This document shows positions 41,128 through 50,887 of a DNA stretch of 64,000 nt, one piece after another. Position 1 is the stretch's first letter; every line of letters begins with the position of its first letter. Under the pieces are notes generated by a model. The model was given only the letters and a program-made list of their open reading frames with translations, was not told the DNA's origin and ran no database searches. Made by a program: the position numbers and the translations under genes. This DNA is from Aureliella sp. (GTDB taxonomy: Bacteria; Planctomycetota; Planctomycetia; Pirellulales; Pirellulaceae). Location of the stretch: assembly GCA_963691875.1 (NCBI GenBank), contig OY829846.1, forward strand, positions 3,424,001-3,488,000, given 5' to 3'.

Positions 41128-42282
41128 TTATTGCGGTGCAAAGAGGTCGGATGCTGGTTTCGATTCAAGCCACTTCATCGAGAAGTTGACGAACGAAATA
41201 TCTGCATAGCCGTCTTTTTCGTAAAGCAGTCCGACATCGCCATCCGGCAGCTTGACCAAGTTGGAATAAGCCGAGCCGCCTGAGAAGATCTGCTTCGCAA
41301 CGGGCCAAGTCTTTCCATCGTCATGGCTCAGCCACACATGCATATTCTCTCTCTTCTTTCCTTTGGGACTGGAGAATAGTAAGCGACTCTTTCCCCCTAC
41401 ATCTGCGAAGGAATAGCGAATCATGCTGGCTTGGCAGACTGGTGTATCGAGCGTCGAATCCAGGTAATCGTCTTCCCAGTTCTCTCCGCCATCCTTGCTG
41501 ACTGACATCGCTCGTTTGTTCTTGCCGTGATAGGAACGCATGGCCTGTAGCACCGAGCCATCGGAAAGTTCTGCCACGGCCGATTCATTGGTCTTATCCT
41601 GATGCACACCGCCAAGCTGCCATGTCGCTCCATGATCATCGGAGTAAATGACATGACTACGATAAGGATGCCTTGATGCATCAGTATGATCAGAATGATT
41701 GCATGGGATCACCAGCCGTCCCGCGTACTTTCCGCGAGTCAGTTGGATTGCATTGCCAGGGCCGGTAGCATACCAGCGCCAATGATCTTCGCGAGTGCTG
41801 TCGCTGATCTTCTTCGGAGGAACCCAGTTTCGCCCATCGTCTTTCGAGTGCGATACATAGACTTGTCGCGGGTATTTGCTTGTGCCTTCCATGATCTTGT
41901 GTTCACTATCGGAGCCGAGATTCCAGGTCAGTAGGAGCCAAATTACGCCCGTTTCTTGATCCACAACGGGGCTTGGATTCCCACAAGTGTTGCCTGCGTC
42001 GTCCCAGATCAACTGCGGTTTCGACCAGGTTTTCCCCAAGTCCTCGGAACGACTGACAAGCATGTCGATATTGCCCGCGTCGCCGCGGCCAGACTTTCGT
42101 CCTTCGCAAAAAGCAAGCAGCGTCCCTTCTCTGCTGCACACAATGGCAGGAATGCGATAAGTGTGATAGCCATGCTCACCACGCTCGAACACAGGTGTGT
42201 GCGACAGTTCTTGAGCTCGTGCGTGCTCAGCCGGGTGAAATGCGAGTACGACAATACAGGCGATCAGGAAAATTCGTAGCAT
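41128..42282 (-). CDS. Sialidase / BNR-repeat glycoside hydrolase (GH33-like)
   Basis: YRIP and Asp-boxes SEDLGKTW, SKDDGRNW, SDDHGATW, SKDGGENW and SHDDGKTW; AYS motif. Confidence 0.92.
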   Translation of the reverse strand: MLRIFLIACIVVLAFHPAEHARAQELSHTPVFERGEHGYHTYRIPAIVCSREGTLLAFCEGRKSGRGDAGNIDMLVSRSEDLGKTWSKPQLIWDDAGNTCGNPSPVVDQETGVIWLLLTWNLGSDSEHKIMEGTSKYPRQVYVSHSKDDGRNWVPPKKISDSTREDHWRWYATGPGNAIQLTRGKYAGRLVIPCNHSDHTDASRHPYRSHVIYSDDHGATWQLGGVHQDKTNESAVAELSDGSVLQAMRSYHGKNKRAMSVSKDGGENWEDDYLDSTLDTPVCQASMIRYSFADVGGKSRLLFSSPKGKKRENMHVWLSHDDGKTWPVAKQIFSGGSAYSNLVKLPDGDVGLLYEKDGYADISFVNFSMKWLESKPASDLFAPQ

Positions 42283-42469
42283 GGCGGTATGGCCTTCTGG
42301 CAGGGGCATTCAGCGGAGTTGGGAAGGGGCATTGTAGCAGAATCCGATTCAATTCCGTCTTGCCAGAAATAGTTCGGGTTTGCTACTCCACGCAAACGCG
42401 CGGCTCGCCAATCGTTTAAGTTGGTAGGTTCTTCGGCTTGGTCTACGCTTGATTCTGGGAGTTTATTCA

Positions 42470-43468
42470 ATGAGTCATTTTAGTCGCCGTCAAATGCTCT
42501 CTTATGCTGCTTTCTCGTCCGCCGCTGTTGCAGGCACAAGTTCCAACGCACACTCCAGCAACTCTCAGCCGCCATCGCCGGAAGCTGTGTCCGAGAAGAA
42601 AAAGTATCGGATGAGGAAATCGATCAACCAGTGGGCATTTCCGTACCCCGAGAAAATGAGCTTGGCTGATTGTCTGCGGTTGGCCAAGGCTGCGGGCTTT
42701 GACGGCATCGAACTCAACTACGATCTGGACAACGATCTCTCTCCGAAGCATTCAAGTGCACAATACGAGAAGATACGAAAGCTAGCGGACGAAATCGGAA
42801 TTGAAATCAGCGGCGTCTGCTCCTTCTTTTTTTGGCCTTATCCCCTAACCAGCAACGATCCCGATGAACGTGCCAAAGGAATGGAGCTAGCGACCAAGAT
42901 GGCTCAGTGTGCGCATGACCTTGGAACCGAGAATTTGTTAGTCGTTCCCGGCGCCTTACACATGCCTTGGCGCGAAGAGCATGATCCGACGCCCAATGAT
43001 GTCTGCGACGAGCGTGCACGAGAGGCAATCGGAAAACTGGTTCCGCTCGCCGAAAAGCTGGGAATCTACTTGAATATGGAGAACATCTTCTTCAACGGTT
43101 TTTTAATGTCGCCCCTCGAGATGGTAGAGTTTGTCGATAGCTTTGGCAGCGAGCATGTTCGTGTACACTTTGATACGGGCAACATCATGGAGTACCAATT
43201 CCCTGAGCACTGGATTCCAATCTTGGGGGATCGGATCAAAAACGTGCACCTTAAAGAGTTCACGAAGAAAGGAACGGATCACTCCTTAGAGGCATTTCGT
43301 CCGCTGCTCGATGGCACGACGAACTGGCCAGCTGTCTTGAATGCCTTCGAAAAAATTGGCTATGACGGCTATCTGACTTTTGAGTACTTCCATCCCTATC
43401 TGCATCACCCCGAAGCCCTTATTTATCAGACAGCCGATTCTTTGGATCGCATGCTCGGTAGAAAGTGA
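42470..43468 (+). CDS. Sugar phosphate isomerase/epimerase (xylose-isomerase-like TIM barrel) with Tat signal
   Basis: SRRQML, AGFDGIEL, EN, FDTGN and VHLKE motifs. Confidence 0.88.
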   Translation: MSHFSRRQMLSYAAFSSAAVAGTSSNAHSSNSQPPSPEAVSEKKKYRMRKSINQWAFPYPEKMSLADCLRLAKAAGFDGIELNYDLDNDLSPKHSSAQYEKIRKLADEIGIEISGVCSFFFWPYPLTSNDPDERAKGMELATKMAQCAHDLGTENLLVVPGALHMPWREEHDPTPNDVCDERAREAIGKLVPLAEKLGIYLNMENIFFNGFLMSPLEMVEFVDSFGSEHVRVHFDTGNIMEYQFPEHWIPILGDRIKNVHLKEFTKKGTDHSLEAFRPLLDGTTNWPAVLNAFEKIGYDGYLTFEYFHPYLHHPEALIYQTADSLDRMLGRK

Positions 43469-43601
43469 TCTTCGTTTACGACGATTAATAAACGGCCGCA
43501 GGGCCTGTCTTGCTTTGGTTCCTGCCGGATTCGGTCTTAGATCTATTGCTTGTTCCCTGCCGTAACAGCGCTCCGCTCGCCAGCGGTCTACAGCAGGTGC
43601 A

Positions 43602-46600
43602 TTAATTCTTGTTTTGTGTTTCGTCGAGCGCCATGAGGGCTCGATTCAGGGCCGTCCAAGCTGCTTGATGTGCCAATTGACTAACCTGGGCAGCAGCTTC
43701 CGAGCTTGCCGACTTTGGATTCTCGCTTGACTTGGGCACCGAGTTCTCACCCAAGAGCTTGGTAGCTTCCTCGGTATGCATTTCGAAGTAAGCATGCTGC
43801 CGCTCAAGGAACTTTTTAAGCCAGACCACTTCTTGCTCTGTGGGCTTGCGAGTCAACGTGTGGCGGAAGCGATCAATCAGCACCTGCTCAGTTCTGGGCT
43901 CACCGACTTCGGCTGCCGCTTCCTTCGCAGCTTGTTTTCCAGCCGCCACCGCGAGCTCAACCAGCATCGGGTCATTTAAGAGTGTGAGTGCCTGAAGAGG
44001 ACTATTGCTGCGATTGCGTCGGGCAACGCAAGCTTCACCGCTGGGAGCATCAAAGGTTGAAAACATGGCAAAGGGTGCTGTGCGTTTGATTTTCGTATAG
44101 ATACTACGGCGAAAACGATCCGCGCCACCGCTCGCGTTCCATTTTGGGCCCCCATACGCGACTTCCGTTACGCCCTCCGGCTGTGGTGGGCGGACGGGTG
44201 GTCCGCCACGCTTGAGTGAAAGTCTGCCTGTCGTGCTCAACAAACTGTCACGGAGGATCTCGGCTTCAAGTCTCTGTCTCGGGAAATAGGTCAGCAAGCG
44301 ATTTTGTGGATCCAACGATCGGCTACCGCTAGTAACCCGCGAAGACTGTCGATAAGTGCGACTTGTGACGATGCGACGATGTAAAGATTTGATTGACCAA
44401 TCGTCTTGCTCTAACCAAGTTACTGACAACCAGTCGAGCAACTCGGGGTGGCTTGGCGACTCGCCTTGAAAACCAAAATCATCCAAGGTCTTCACGAGGC
44501 CATTTCCAAAGAATGCTGCCCAAGTGCGATTGACGAACACACGTGCGGTGAGCGGATGCTTCTCCTGAACCAGCCATTGTGCAAACCCCAAGCGATTTGC
44601 AGGTAGTTCTCCGAGACCAGGCAAGACGGATGGCGTCGCAGGTTGGACTTGCTCTTCGGGTTGCAAGAATTCGCCGCGGTGGTGTCGGTGCGTGGGACGA
44701 GTTTCGTTTGCTGGGCGCTCCCGCATTACCAGTGTCGTCGTCACGGCTGGTCGCCGCTGAAGTCGTCGGATTTCGGTCTGATGCTTTGCTAATTCAGGCG
44801 CAGAGAGGAGGAATCTTTCAAACAGACGCTGTTTCTGCTTTGGCTGCAACTCTGCTTCTGTCAGCAAGAGTAAACGCTGGATTTCTCGAGAATGATCACG
44901 TGCCTTTGGTGCATTAGTGCTCGATGTGCCATGAAATCGAAACAAGCCAAAAGAACTTGCAAAGTGCCTTCCAAACGACAGGTGAATGCGAACAGATTTG
45001 CCAGCAGGAACCGGTTGCTTCAAGACAAAAACTGCTGTGTGTCTTTCTCCTTGTCGTCCATGGACGGACCAGCCGGTTTGAATATCGCCATCAAAAGTCA
45101 AGGTCGCGGAAACTGGATTCTTGCCAAAGCGATTGGCTGCAAAGGACTCGGAAGCAGAACCAATCGTCAGAGTCTTTTCATCCACAGAGAAATCGATCTC
45201 GGTTAAGTAAAAATCGCCGAGCGTGCCCTCGTAATAGGTTGAACCTGGTCCGCGAGCTGGCAGGCGTTCATCCGGCAAGGTTTCGACCTCAATCGCATAG
45301 ATCGGTTCGGTTTGCGGAGCGAGTTCAACATAGTAATCGTCCCGTTTGGCCGTATCGCCAGAAGCAAAGATCGCACCGTCTTCCTGAATCGTCAGAATCG
45401 GAAGATTGCTAGTTGCTTTCAGCGGACGCAGCAGCTGCCAGTCTGTGGCATTGCCGCGTTCGGCGACGAGCCATCTTTCGAAAGCGGTCTGAACTAGTTC
45501 GGCACGCTGTTCCTTTTCGTTTCGCTTTACTTCCTCAGGTGAAGCTTTGCCTTCTCGTGGCTCAGAATCTTCAGTAACCTCTTCCTTCTTCTTCCCGGTT
45601 GCCTTCGGCAGTGGCCACTCATCTGGCAGCGATGCGACCAGCTCTGAAGCGCGACGCTTGGAGTTTTGCCAACGCTGTTCAAAATCGGCTCCTGGCAACT
45701 CCAGAGTTGGCTCATCGGCGTTGTTGAGAAACGCCATGATCTGAAAATACTCGGTGTGCGAAATCGGATCATACTTGTGCGTATGGCATTGGCAGCAGCC
45801 GAGAGTCAATCCCAGCCAAGTGGTGCCTGTCGTGGCAACTCGATCCGTCATTGCGTGATATCGAAACTCCAGCGGATCTATTCCGCCCTCTTCATTCAAC
45901 ATCGTATTGCGATGAAATCCCGTGGCAACTCTCTGCTCTTGCGATGCATCGGGCAGCATGTCGCCCGCCAGCTGCTCGATCGTGAACTGATCGAAAGGCA
46001 TGTCGGCGTTCAAGGCATCAATGACCCAATCGCGATAAGGCCAGATGGAGCGATCACGGTCTTTCTCGTAGCCGTTGGTGTCGGCATAGCGTGCTAAGTC
46101 CAGCCAGCGTCGAGCCCAGCGCTCCCCATACTCCGGTGCATCCATCAATCGTGTAATGAGACGTTGGTACGCAGTTTCGTCAATCACCTTTGCGAACTGC
46201 TCGTCCTGTTTCCAGATTTCTTCGACCCATCTGTCTGCCTCCTCAGGCGATGGTGGCAGGCCGACCAGGTCCAGAAACAGGCGACGCACCAGCGTGTAGG
46301 GCTCCGCGTCAGTCGCATGTAGGAGTCCAGCTCGCACTGATTGATCGAGAATGAAGTGATCAATCTCATTTCGACACCAATCGGATCCTGGAGGCTGGGG
46401 GAGGCCATGAAGCCGTGGCGGCTCAAAAGACCAATGTTGCTGCCACGCGGCGCCTTGCTGAACCCAGCGCACGAGTAACTCTTTCTCCTCCGCGCTCAAA
46501 CTCTTGTTCGAGTCTGGTGGAGGCATGATTTCCGATTCGTCATCAGCAAGAATGCGGCGGATCAACTCACTCTGATTCGGACGCGCGGCAAGTACGACTT

Positions 46601-46838
46601 TGTCGCCGGAGCTAGACTCTTGCTGCAACCCATCAGGCGTATCTAAGCGCAGGTCGCCTTCTCGAGAATTCTCATCAGGCCCGTGACAACGAAAACAATT
46701 GTCAGATAGAATCGGACGAACGTCCCGCGAGTAGTCGATTTGCTGGCAGGTTGCGATCTGACAAAGTTGGCAATGCACAACTTGCAGGATTACGAAAGTC
46801 GAACACAACCAGAGTGGACCGCGATGCGATGGAAGCAC
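43602..46838 (-). CDS. Planctomycete cytochrome c plus DUF1549 (PSCyt2) plus DUF1553 (PSD1) protein
   Basis: IDYSRDVRPILSDNCFRCHG, WLDLARYADTNG, CCQCH, HPLTARVFVNR, PSHPELLDWL and PLQALTLLN motifs. Confidence 0.93.
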   Translation of the reverse strand: MLPSHRGPLWLCSTFVILQVVHCQLCQIATCQQIDYSRDVRPILSDNCFRCHGPDENSREGDLRLDTPDGLQQESSSGDKVVLAARPNQSELIRRILADDESEIMPPPDSNKSLSAEEKELLVRWVQQGAAWQQHWSFEPPRLHGLPQPPGSDWCRNEIDHFILDQSVRAGLLHATDAEPYTLVRRLFLDLVGLPPSPEEADRWVEEIWKQDEQFAKVIDETAYQRLITRLMDAPEYGERWARRWLDLARYADTNGYEKDRDRSIWPYRDWVIDALNADMPFDQFTIEQLAGDMLPDASQEQRVATGFHRNTMLNEEGGIDPLEFRYHAMTDRVATTGTTWLGLTLGCCQCHTHKYDPISHTEYFQIMAFLNNADEPTLELPGADFEQRWQNSKRRASELVASLPDEWPLPKATGKKKEEVTEDSEPREGKASPEEVKRNEKEQRAELVQTAFERWLVAERGNATDWQLLRPLKATSNLPILTIQEDGAIFASGDTAKRDDYYVELAPQTEPIYAIEVETLPDERLPARGPGSTYYEGTLGDFYLTEIDFSVDEKTLTIGSASESFAANRFGKNPVSATLTFDGDIQTGWSVHGRQGERHTAVFVLKQPVPAGKSVRIHLSFGRHFASSFGLFRFHGTSSTNAPKARDHSREIQRLLLLTEAELQPKQKQRLFERFLLSAPELAKHQTEIRRLQRRPAVTTTLVMRERPANETRPTHRHHRGEFLQPEEQVQPATPSVLPGLGELPANRLGFAQWLVQEKHPLTARVFVNRTWAAFFGNGLVKTLDDFGFQGESPSHPELLDWLSVTWLEQDDWSIKSLHRRIVTSRTYRQSSRVTSGSRSLDPQNRLLTYFPRQRLEAEILRDSLLSTTGRLSLKRGGPPVRPPQPEGVTEVAYGGPKWNASGGADRFRRSIYTKIKRTAPFAMFSTFDAPSGEACVARRNRSNSPLQALTLLNDPMLVELAVAAGKQAAKEAAAEVGEPRTEQVLIDRFRHTLTRKPTEQEVVWLKKFLERQHAYFEMHTEEATKLLGENSVPKSSENPKSASSEAAAQVSQLAHQAAWTALNRALMALDETQNKN

Positions 46839-47027
46839 TTTTAGACCTGTAGCTCGATGACTGAGTTTTGGGAATGAATAGGATGCGATCTATTTTAGCC
46901 AGAATCGAGCGAGTCTTCTGAAGCATCGTCGCGACTGCAAAAGCTTCGTACTGGTAGCTTCCAACTGCCAGATTCCGTGCAGGCTGTATTTCTCTGCGAT
47001 TGCGCTGGCGAGATGCCTCCGATACTG

Positions 47028-47070
47028 AAAAAGCCGCCGAGTCGATTGAGACACAGCGGCTTTTTTTGTT
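47028..47070. terminator. Rho-independent terminator after the Cys-rich lipoprotein gene
   Basis: AAAAAGCCGCCG...CAGCGGCTTTTTTT. Confidence 0.75.
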
Positions 47071-47096
47071 GTGGCATTAAAAATCTGTCGGAAGGA

Positions 47097-47594
47097 CTAC
47101 TCGCCTTCGGAGGAGGCTTCGGCCTCGGTGCTTTCTTCAACTGGAGTCTCGTCTGTTTCGCCTTCAGCTGGAGCGTCTTGGCTCTCTGCTTCGGCATCTA
47201 GCTTGCAGCAGAGTGCCGAGCCGTTGTGCAAACCACACTTGTCGCATTCCTCAGCTCCCGCGGCACAGCACTGCTCGCTGCCAGCAGCATTGCCGCAGCT
47301 CATGCACATGTCCTTGCCTTTGAGTTCCTCAGGTACTTTGCAGCACAGCGCCGTTCCCTTGTGCAATCCACAACTGTCACACTTTTCAGCGCCATCAGCA
47401 CAGCAAGTTTCGCTGCCTGTTTCTTCCCCGCACATTCCGCACAATATGACTTTAGCTGGTACTGTAGTCGCAGCAGATTCCGTGGCCAGGGCCGTTGGAG
47501 TGGTAGTTTCAGGATTATCGCAACCCAAGGCTGCAACCAACATGAGGGCGGAAATCAAGCAAACTGGCCTGACTAGTTTTTCAGTCAACTTCAC
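47097..47594 (-). CDS. Cys-rich repeat lipoprotein
   Basis: Lipobox ALGC, four CxxCGxxxG[ST]xxCC units and an acidic tail. Start at GTG 47594 is inferred. Confidence 0.75.
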   Translation of the reverse strand: MKLTEKLVRPVCLISALMLVAALGCDNPETTTPTALATESAATTVPAKVILCGMCGEETGSETCCADGAEKCDSCGLHKGTALCCKVPEELKGKDMCMSCGNAAGSEQCCAAGAEECDKCGLHNGSALCCKLDAEAESQDAPAEGETDETPVEESTEAEASSEGE

Positions 47595-47945
47595 GGTAAT
47601 TCCAATGCAATAAAGGTGAAACGGTTTGCAAACGTATTTCAAGGCGACTGTCGCTGAAGCCGGGACATTTAAATGTACTTGGCGATTATCAGAATTCTTG
47701 CACGATATCCGCCGATGTAAAGCTGAATGCTCAGATTGCTACTCTAGGAAAACTAGATCTGGTGGGTAGCTTCATAGTTAGCGTCCCAGGAGGCGAACCA
47801 CGCCTTCAGCCTCACTGTGTTTCAGGTGACGAGCGATCTTGCCTAAAAAGCACACTGGTATCAACGACTTTGCAAGTTGCACTCGGGTGGGCGACAATGA
47901 TGCCTTTCAATCCCCCTCGACAACTCACCCACTGAATCGATTCCG

Positions 47946-49424
47946 ATGTCAAGAAAGCTGATCGCCACAGTCGCCTCACTATTATTGCTGGCCGGAGTGC
48001 TGTGGATCGTCAACTCCAGCAAGCCAACCACACGAGTGTTATTTTATTGTGCGGCAAGTAATCGTGCCGTGATGGAAGAGATCCGTACCGAGTACGAAAA
48101 AGAGACGGGACGTCGTGTCGAGATCCAGTACGGTCCTTCCCAAACGCTACTGTCACAGATCGAAGTCAGCAAACGCGGCGACTTGTATCTACCTGCCGAT
48201 ACCAGCTACCTCGACATCGGCCGAGAAAAAGGCCTAATTAGTGAACGCCTCGACATCGCTCGAATGGAAGCGGTCTTGGTCGTTCCCAAAGGCAACCCCC
48301 AGCAAATCGGCGCACTCAGCGATCTTTGGGAAAACGACTTAAGAGTCGTCCAAGCCAATCCCGACGCGGCTGCCATCGGCAAAGTAACGCGACGTGTTCT
48401 GACAGAAACCAGTTTGTGGGGCAAACTAGACGCGGCCACAAACGCGTATCGCACCACGGTTACAGACGTTGCCAACGATGTCCTGGTCGGAGCGGCTGAT
48501 GTGGGAATAGTTTACGATGCAGTTTTGCACACTTATCCCGATTTGGAATATGTCGAAATCCCGGAGCTTGCTCCCGCCGCTTCGCAGATTGCTATCTCTG
48601 TTTTGGAGGTAACCGAACAGTCGGACGCTGCTTTTCACTTCGCAAGATACGTTGCAGCACGAGACCGGGGACTCAAGAAATACGAACAGCATGGATTCCG
48701 GATTGGCGAAGGCGATGCTTGGGCCGACTTACCGAAGATCAGTATCTTTGCAGGCTCGATGCTCCGGCCAGCTATTGAAGAGACCATCATCGATTTCGAG
48801 AAACGCGAAGGCATCCAGATCGAACGCGCCTTCAACGGCTGCGGCATCCTAGTCGGCCAGATGAAAGCGGGCCAGTTGCCCGATGCCTATTTTGCCTGCG
48901 ACCAAGAGTTCATGAATCAAGTCGTCGACCTATTTCCAGAACCGGTTGATGTATCCGAAAACGAACTCGTCATCTTGGTAAAGAAAGGCAATCCCAAGGA
49001 GATTTGGAGCTTGCAGGATCTCACGCGAGATGGACTGAAAGTCGGCATCGGCCATGAGAAACTGTGTGCGATGGGCTGGATCACTCAGAACACTTTTCGC
49101 GAAAGTGGAATCCAACAAGAAGTCATGTCCAATGTCTTGGTGCAAACGCCAACCGGCGATCTGCTTGTCAATCAGCTTCGAACGGGTTCTCTCGATGCCG
49201 CAGTTGTCTACCTGAGCAACGCAGCAGGTTCAGCAGATTTGCTTGACGCAGTACAGATCCAAGGCTTGCCCTGCTCGGTGGCTATTCAGCCTTGGGCCGT
49301 CGCCAAAGAGTCAAAGTTTCCTCAGCTGACGAGCCGTCTGTTTGCTCGAATCTGCTCTGCTGAAAGCCAAGGCACTTTCGCTGCCGAAGGTTTTCGTTGG
49401 AGATATGAGAAGGAATCTGAATAA
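47946..49424 (+). CDS. modA: Molybdate ABC transporter substrate-binding protein with two tandem ModA domains
   Basis: First unit CAAS...GPSQTL...LVVPKGNP; second unit AGSM...NGCGIL...ILVKKGNP. Confidence 0.85.
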   Translation: MSRKLIATVASLLLLAGVLWIVNSSKPTTRVLFYCAASNRAVMEEIRTEYEKETGRRVEIQYGPSQTLLSQIEVSKRGDLYLPADTSYLDIGREKGLISERLDIARMEAVLVVPKGNPQQIGALSDLWENDLRVVQANPDAAAIGKVTRRVLTETSLWGKLDAATNAYRTTVTDVANDVLVGAADVGIVYDAVLHTYPDLEYVEIPELAPAASQIAISVLEVTEQSDAAFHFARYVAARDRGLKKYEQHGFRIGEGDAWADLPKISIFAGSMLRPAIEETIIDFEKREGIQIERAFNGCGILVGQMKAGQLPDAYFACDQEFMNQVVDLFPEPVDVSENELVILVKKGNPKEIWSLQDLTRDGLKVGIGHEKLCAMGWITQNTFRESGIQQEVMSNVLVQTPTGDLLVNQLRTGSLDAAVVYLSNAAGSADLLDAVQIQGLPCSVAIQPWAVAKESKFPQLTSRLFARICSAESQGTFAAEGFRWRYEKESE

Positions 49425-49593
49425 GAGCAAAATGAAGCACCGAGGCCATAGTGTCGTATAACACCCGGCACATGAGTTTGAAGTTGCGCAGCATTTCTGT
49501 GCCCGTTGCTAGGGCTCCGCCCCTCCCAGAAATCCTCGTTGAACTCGGATAGGGAGGGCGAACTAGCGGCTGAAGGATAGTTACCGGCCGATC

Positions 49594-50484
49594 CTAGAAC
49601 CTCTTATCGCTGAACTCGGTTATTTCGTGACGAGCCCAGGCAGAAAGAATGTCCAAGGGCGAAGAGAACTTCCCGACACTAGCTCCTGGTGCAACGTCCT
49701 CATCGGTTGATGCCTGCAGTTTGCAAAAGGAGTTGGTGAGTGGCAAGCCAAAGCTGTCAAAGGTCTCTGCTGGTAGCAAACCTGCCACAGCGTCCGCAAC
49801 AGCATCAATGCGAGCAGGATTCGCTTTCCGATAGTCGATGTCGAGGGCCGTTTGGCGTAGGAACCAGCTCGACAAGGCTGTGCAGTGCAATCTAACTACC
49901 CTATCGTTTACACCCGAGCAAAATAATTTCTGGCGAGCCTTCGAAGTGGCGTCCGGTTCGAACGCGAATTGTTCTCCGGACAATAGCTCGTGCATTCCTG
50001 CCAAGAGTTGGTCACTCACGATTTCACAGAACTTGCGAAGTCGATTCAACTGTCTTGCATAGCCAGTTGGCAACCCGGTGCCGAACACGATCAGGTTCAA
50101 GCAGCGGTTTCGAGCTTCGATATGAGTGCTAAAAGCGCTTTGTGCCAAAGGTGCAAAGTCTGTGTCGATCTGCTGTTCTTCTAGGAGACAAGCCTGATGG
50201 GCTACGCAGCGAGTCAAGACTTCACAAAGCAATATCTCTTGAAGCGTCGGTACGATCTCAAACCAATAATCTTGCCGCGAACTGACACTGTGATCACGGA
50301 TATTGTTTTTGTGTTCCGCTAGCGATTCCATCCAACACGAGTGTCGATTCCGGCATGCCAGCCAGTAGTCATGTGTTTGCGACTTGGGTAGCGCCGCACG
50401 AACTCGCAACAAAACTTCGGCTTGGCAAGTGAGGGAGTTGGCAACATCGATGAGCGTGAGGGCGTGCATATTTTTCGCGATCAA
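49594..50484 (-). CDS. Hypothetical helical protein
   Basis: 296-aa ORF with a natural-looking core (LQEILLCEVLTR, HIEARNRCLNLI). Confidence 0.7.
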   Translation of the reverse strand: MIAKNMHALTLIDVANSLTCQAEVLLRVRAALPKSQTHDYWLACRNRHSCWMESLAEHKNNIRDHSVSSRQDYWFEIVPTLQEILLCEVLTRCVAHQACLLEEQQIDTDFAPLAQSAFSTHIEARNRCLNLIVFGTGLPTGYARQLNRLRKFCEIVSDQLLAGMHELLSGEQFAFEPDATSKARQKLFCSGVNDRVVRLHCTALSSWFLRQTALDIDYRKANPARIDAVADAVAGLLPAETFDSFGLPLTNSFCKLQASTDEDVAPGASVGKFSSPLDILSAWARHEITEFSDKRF

Positions 50485-50887
50485 TCTTTGTACGGCTGTT
50501 TGCAGTCAGGATTCGACGAATAATCGAAATGCAAAGCTAGCGCCATTAAATCTCCCGCCCGTCAGACACCCATTTCCCGAAGACAACAAGTGCCATAAGT
50601 CCATACAGGCAGGGAGGTTGCGGCTTCGCCCTTGGTCCGCTTTGACTCGCCAGAACGTCTCACAACGCGTTGCGTTTTGGCAACAAACAGAGGTTTTCGT
50701 ATATGGAAAGCAACCGCTATCAAAGGCGCCAGAACTCGTAATCTCGCGTTCATTCATTGCTGGCATTGTGTGTGACCCGCTTGCGATTCGCCTTGTTTCC
50801 GACCAAGACAATTGGCTAATTACCTCTCACTTGCAGGTCTAGCGAAGATGCTGCGCAATTTCGAATCTTCCACACAAGCAGGACATA

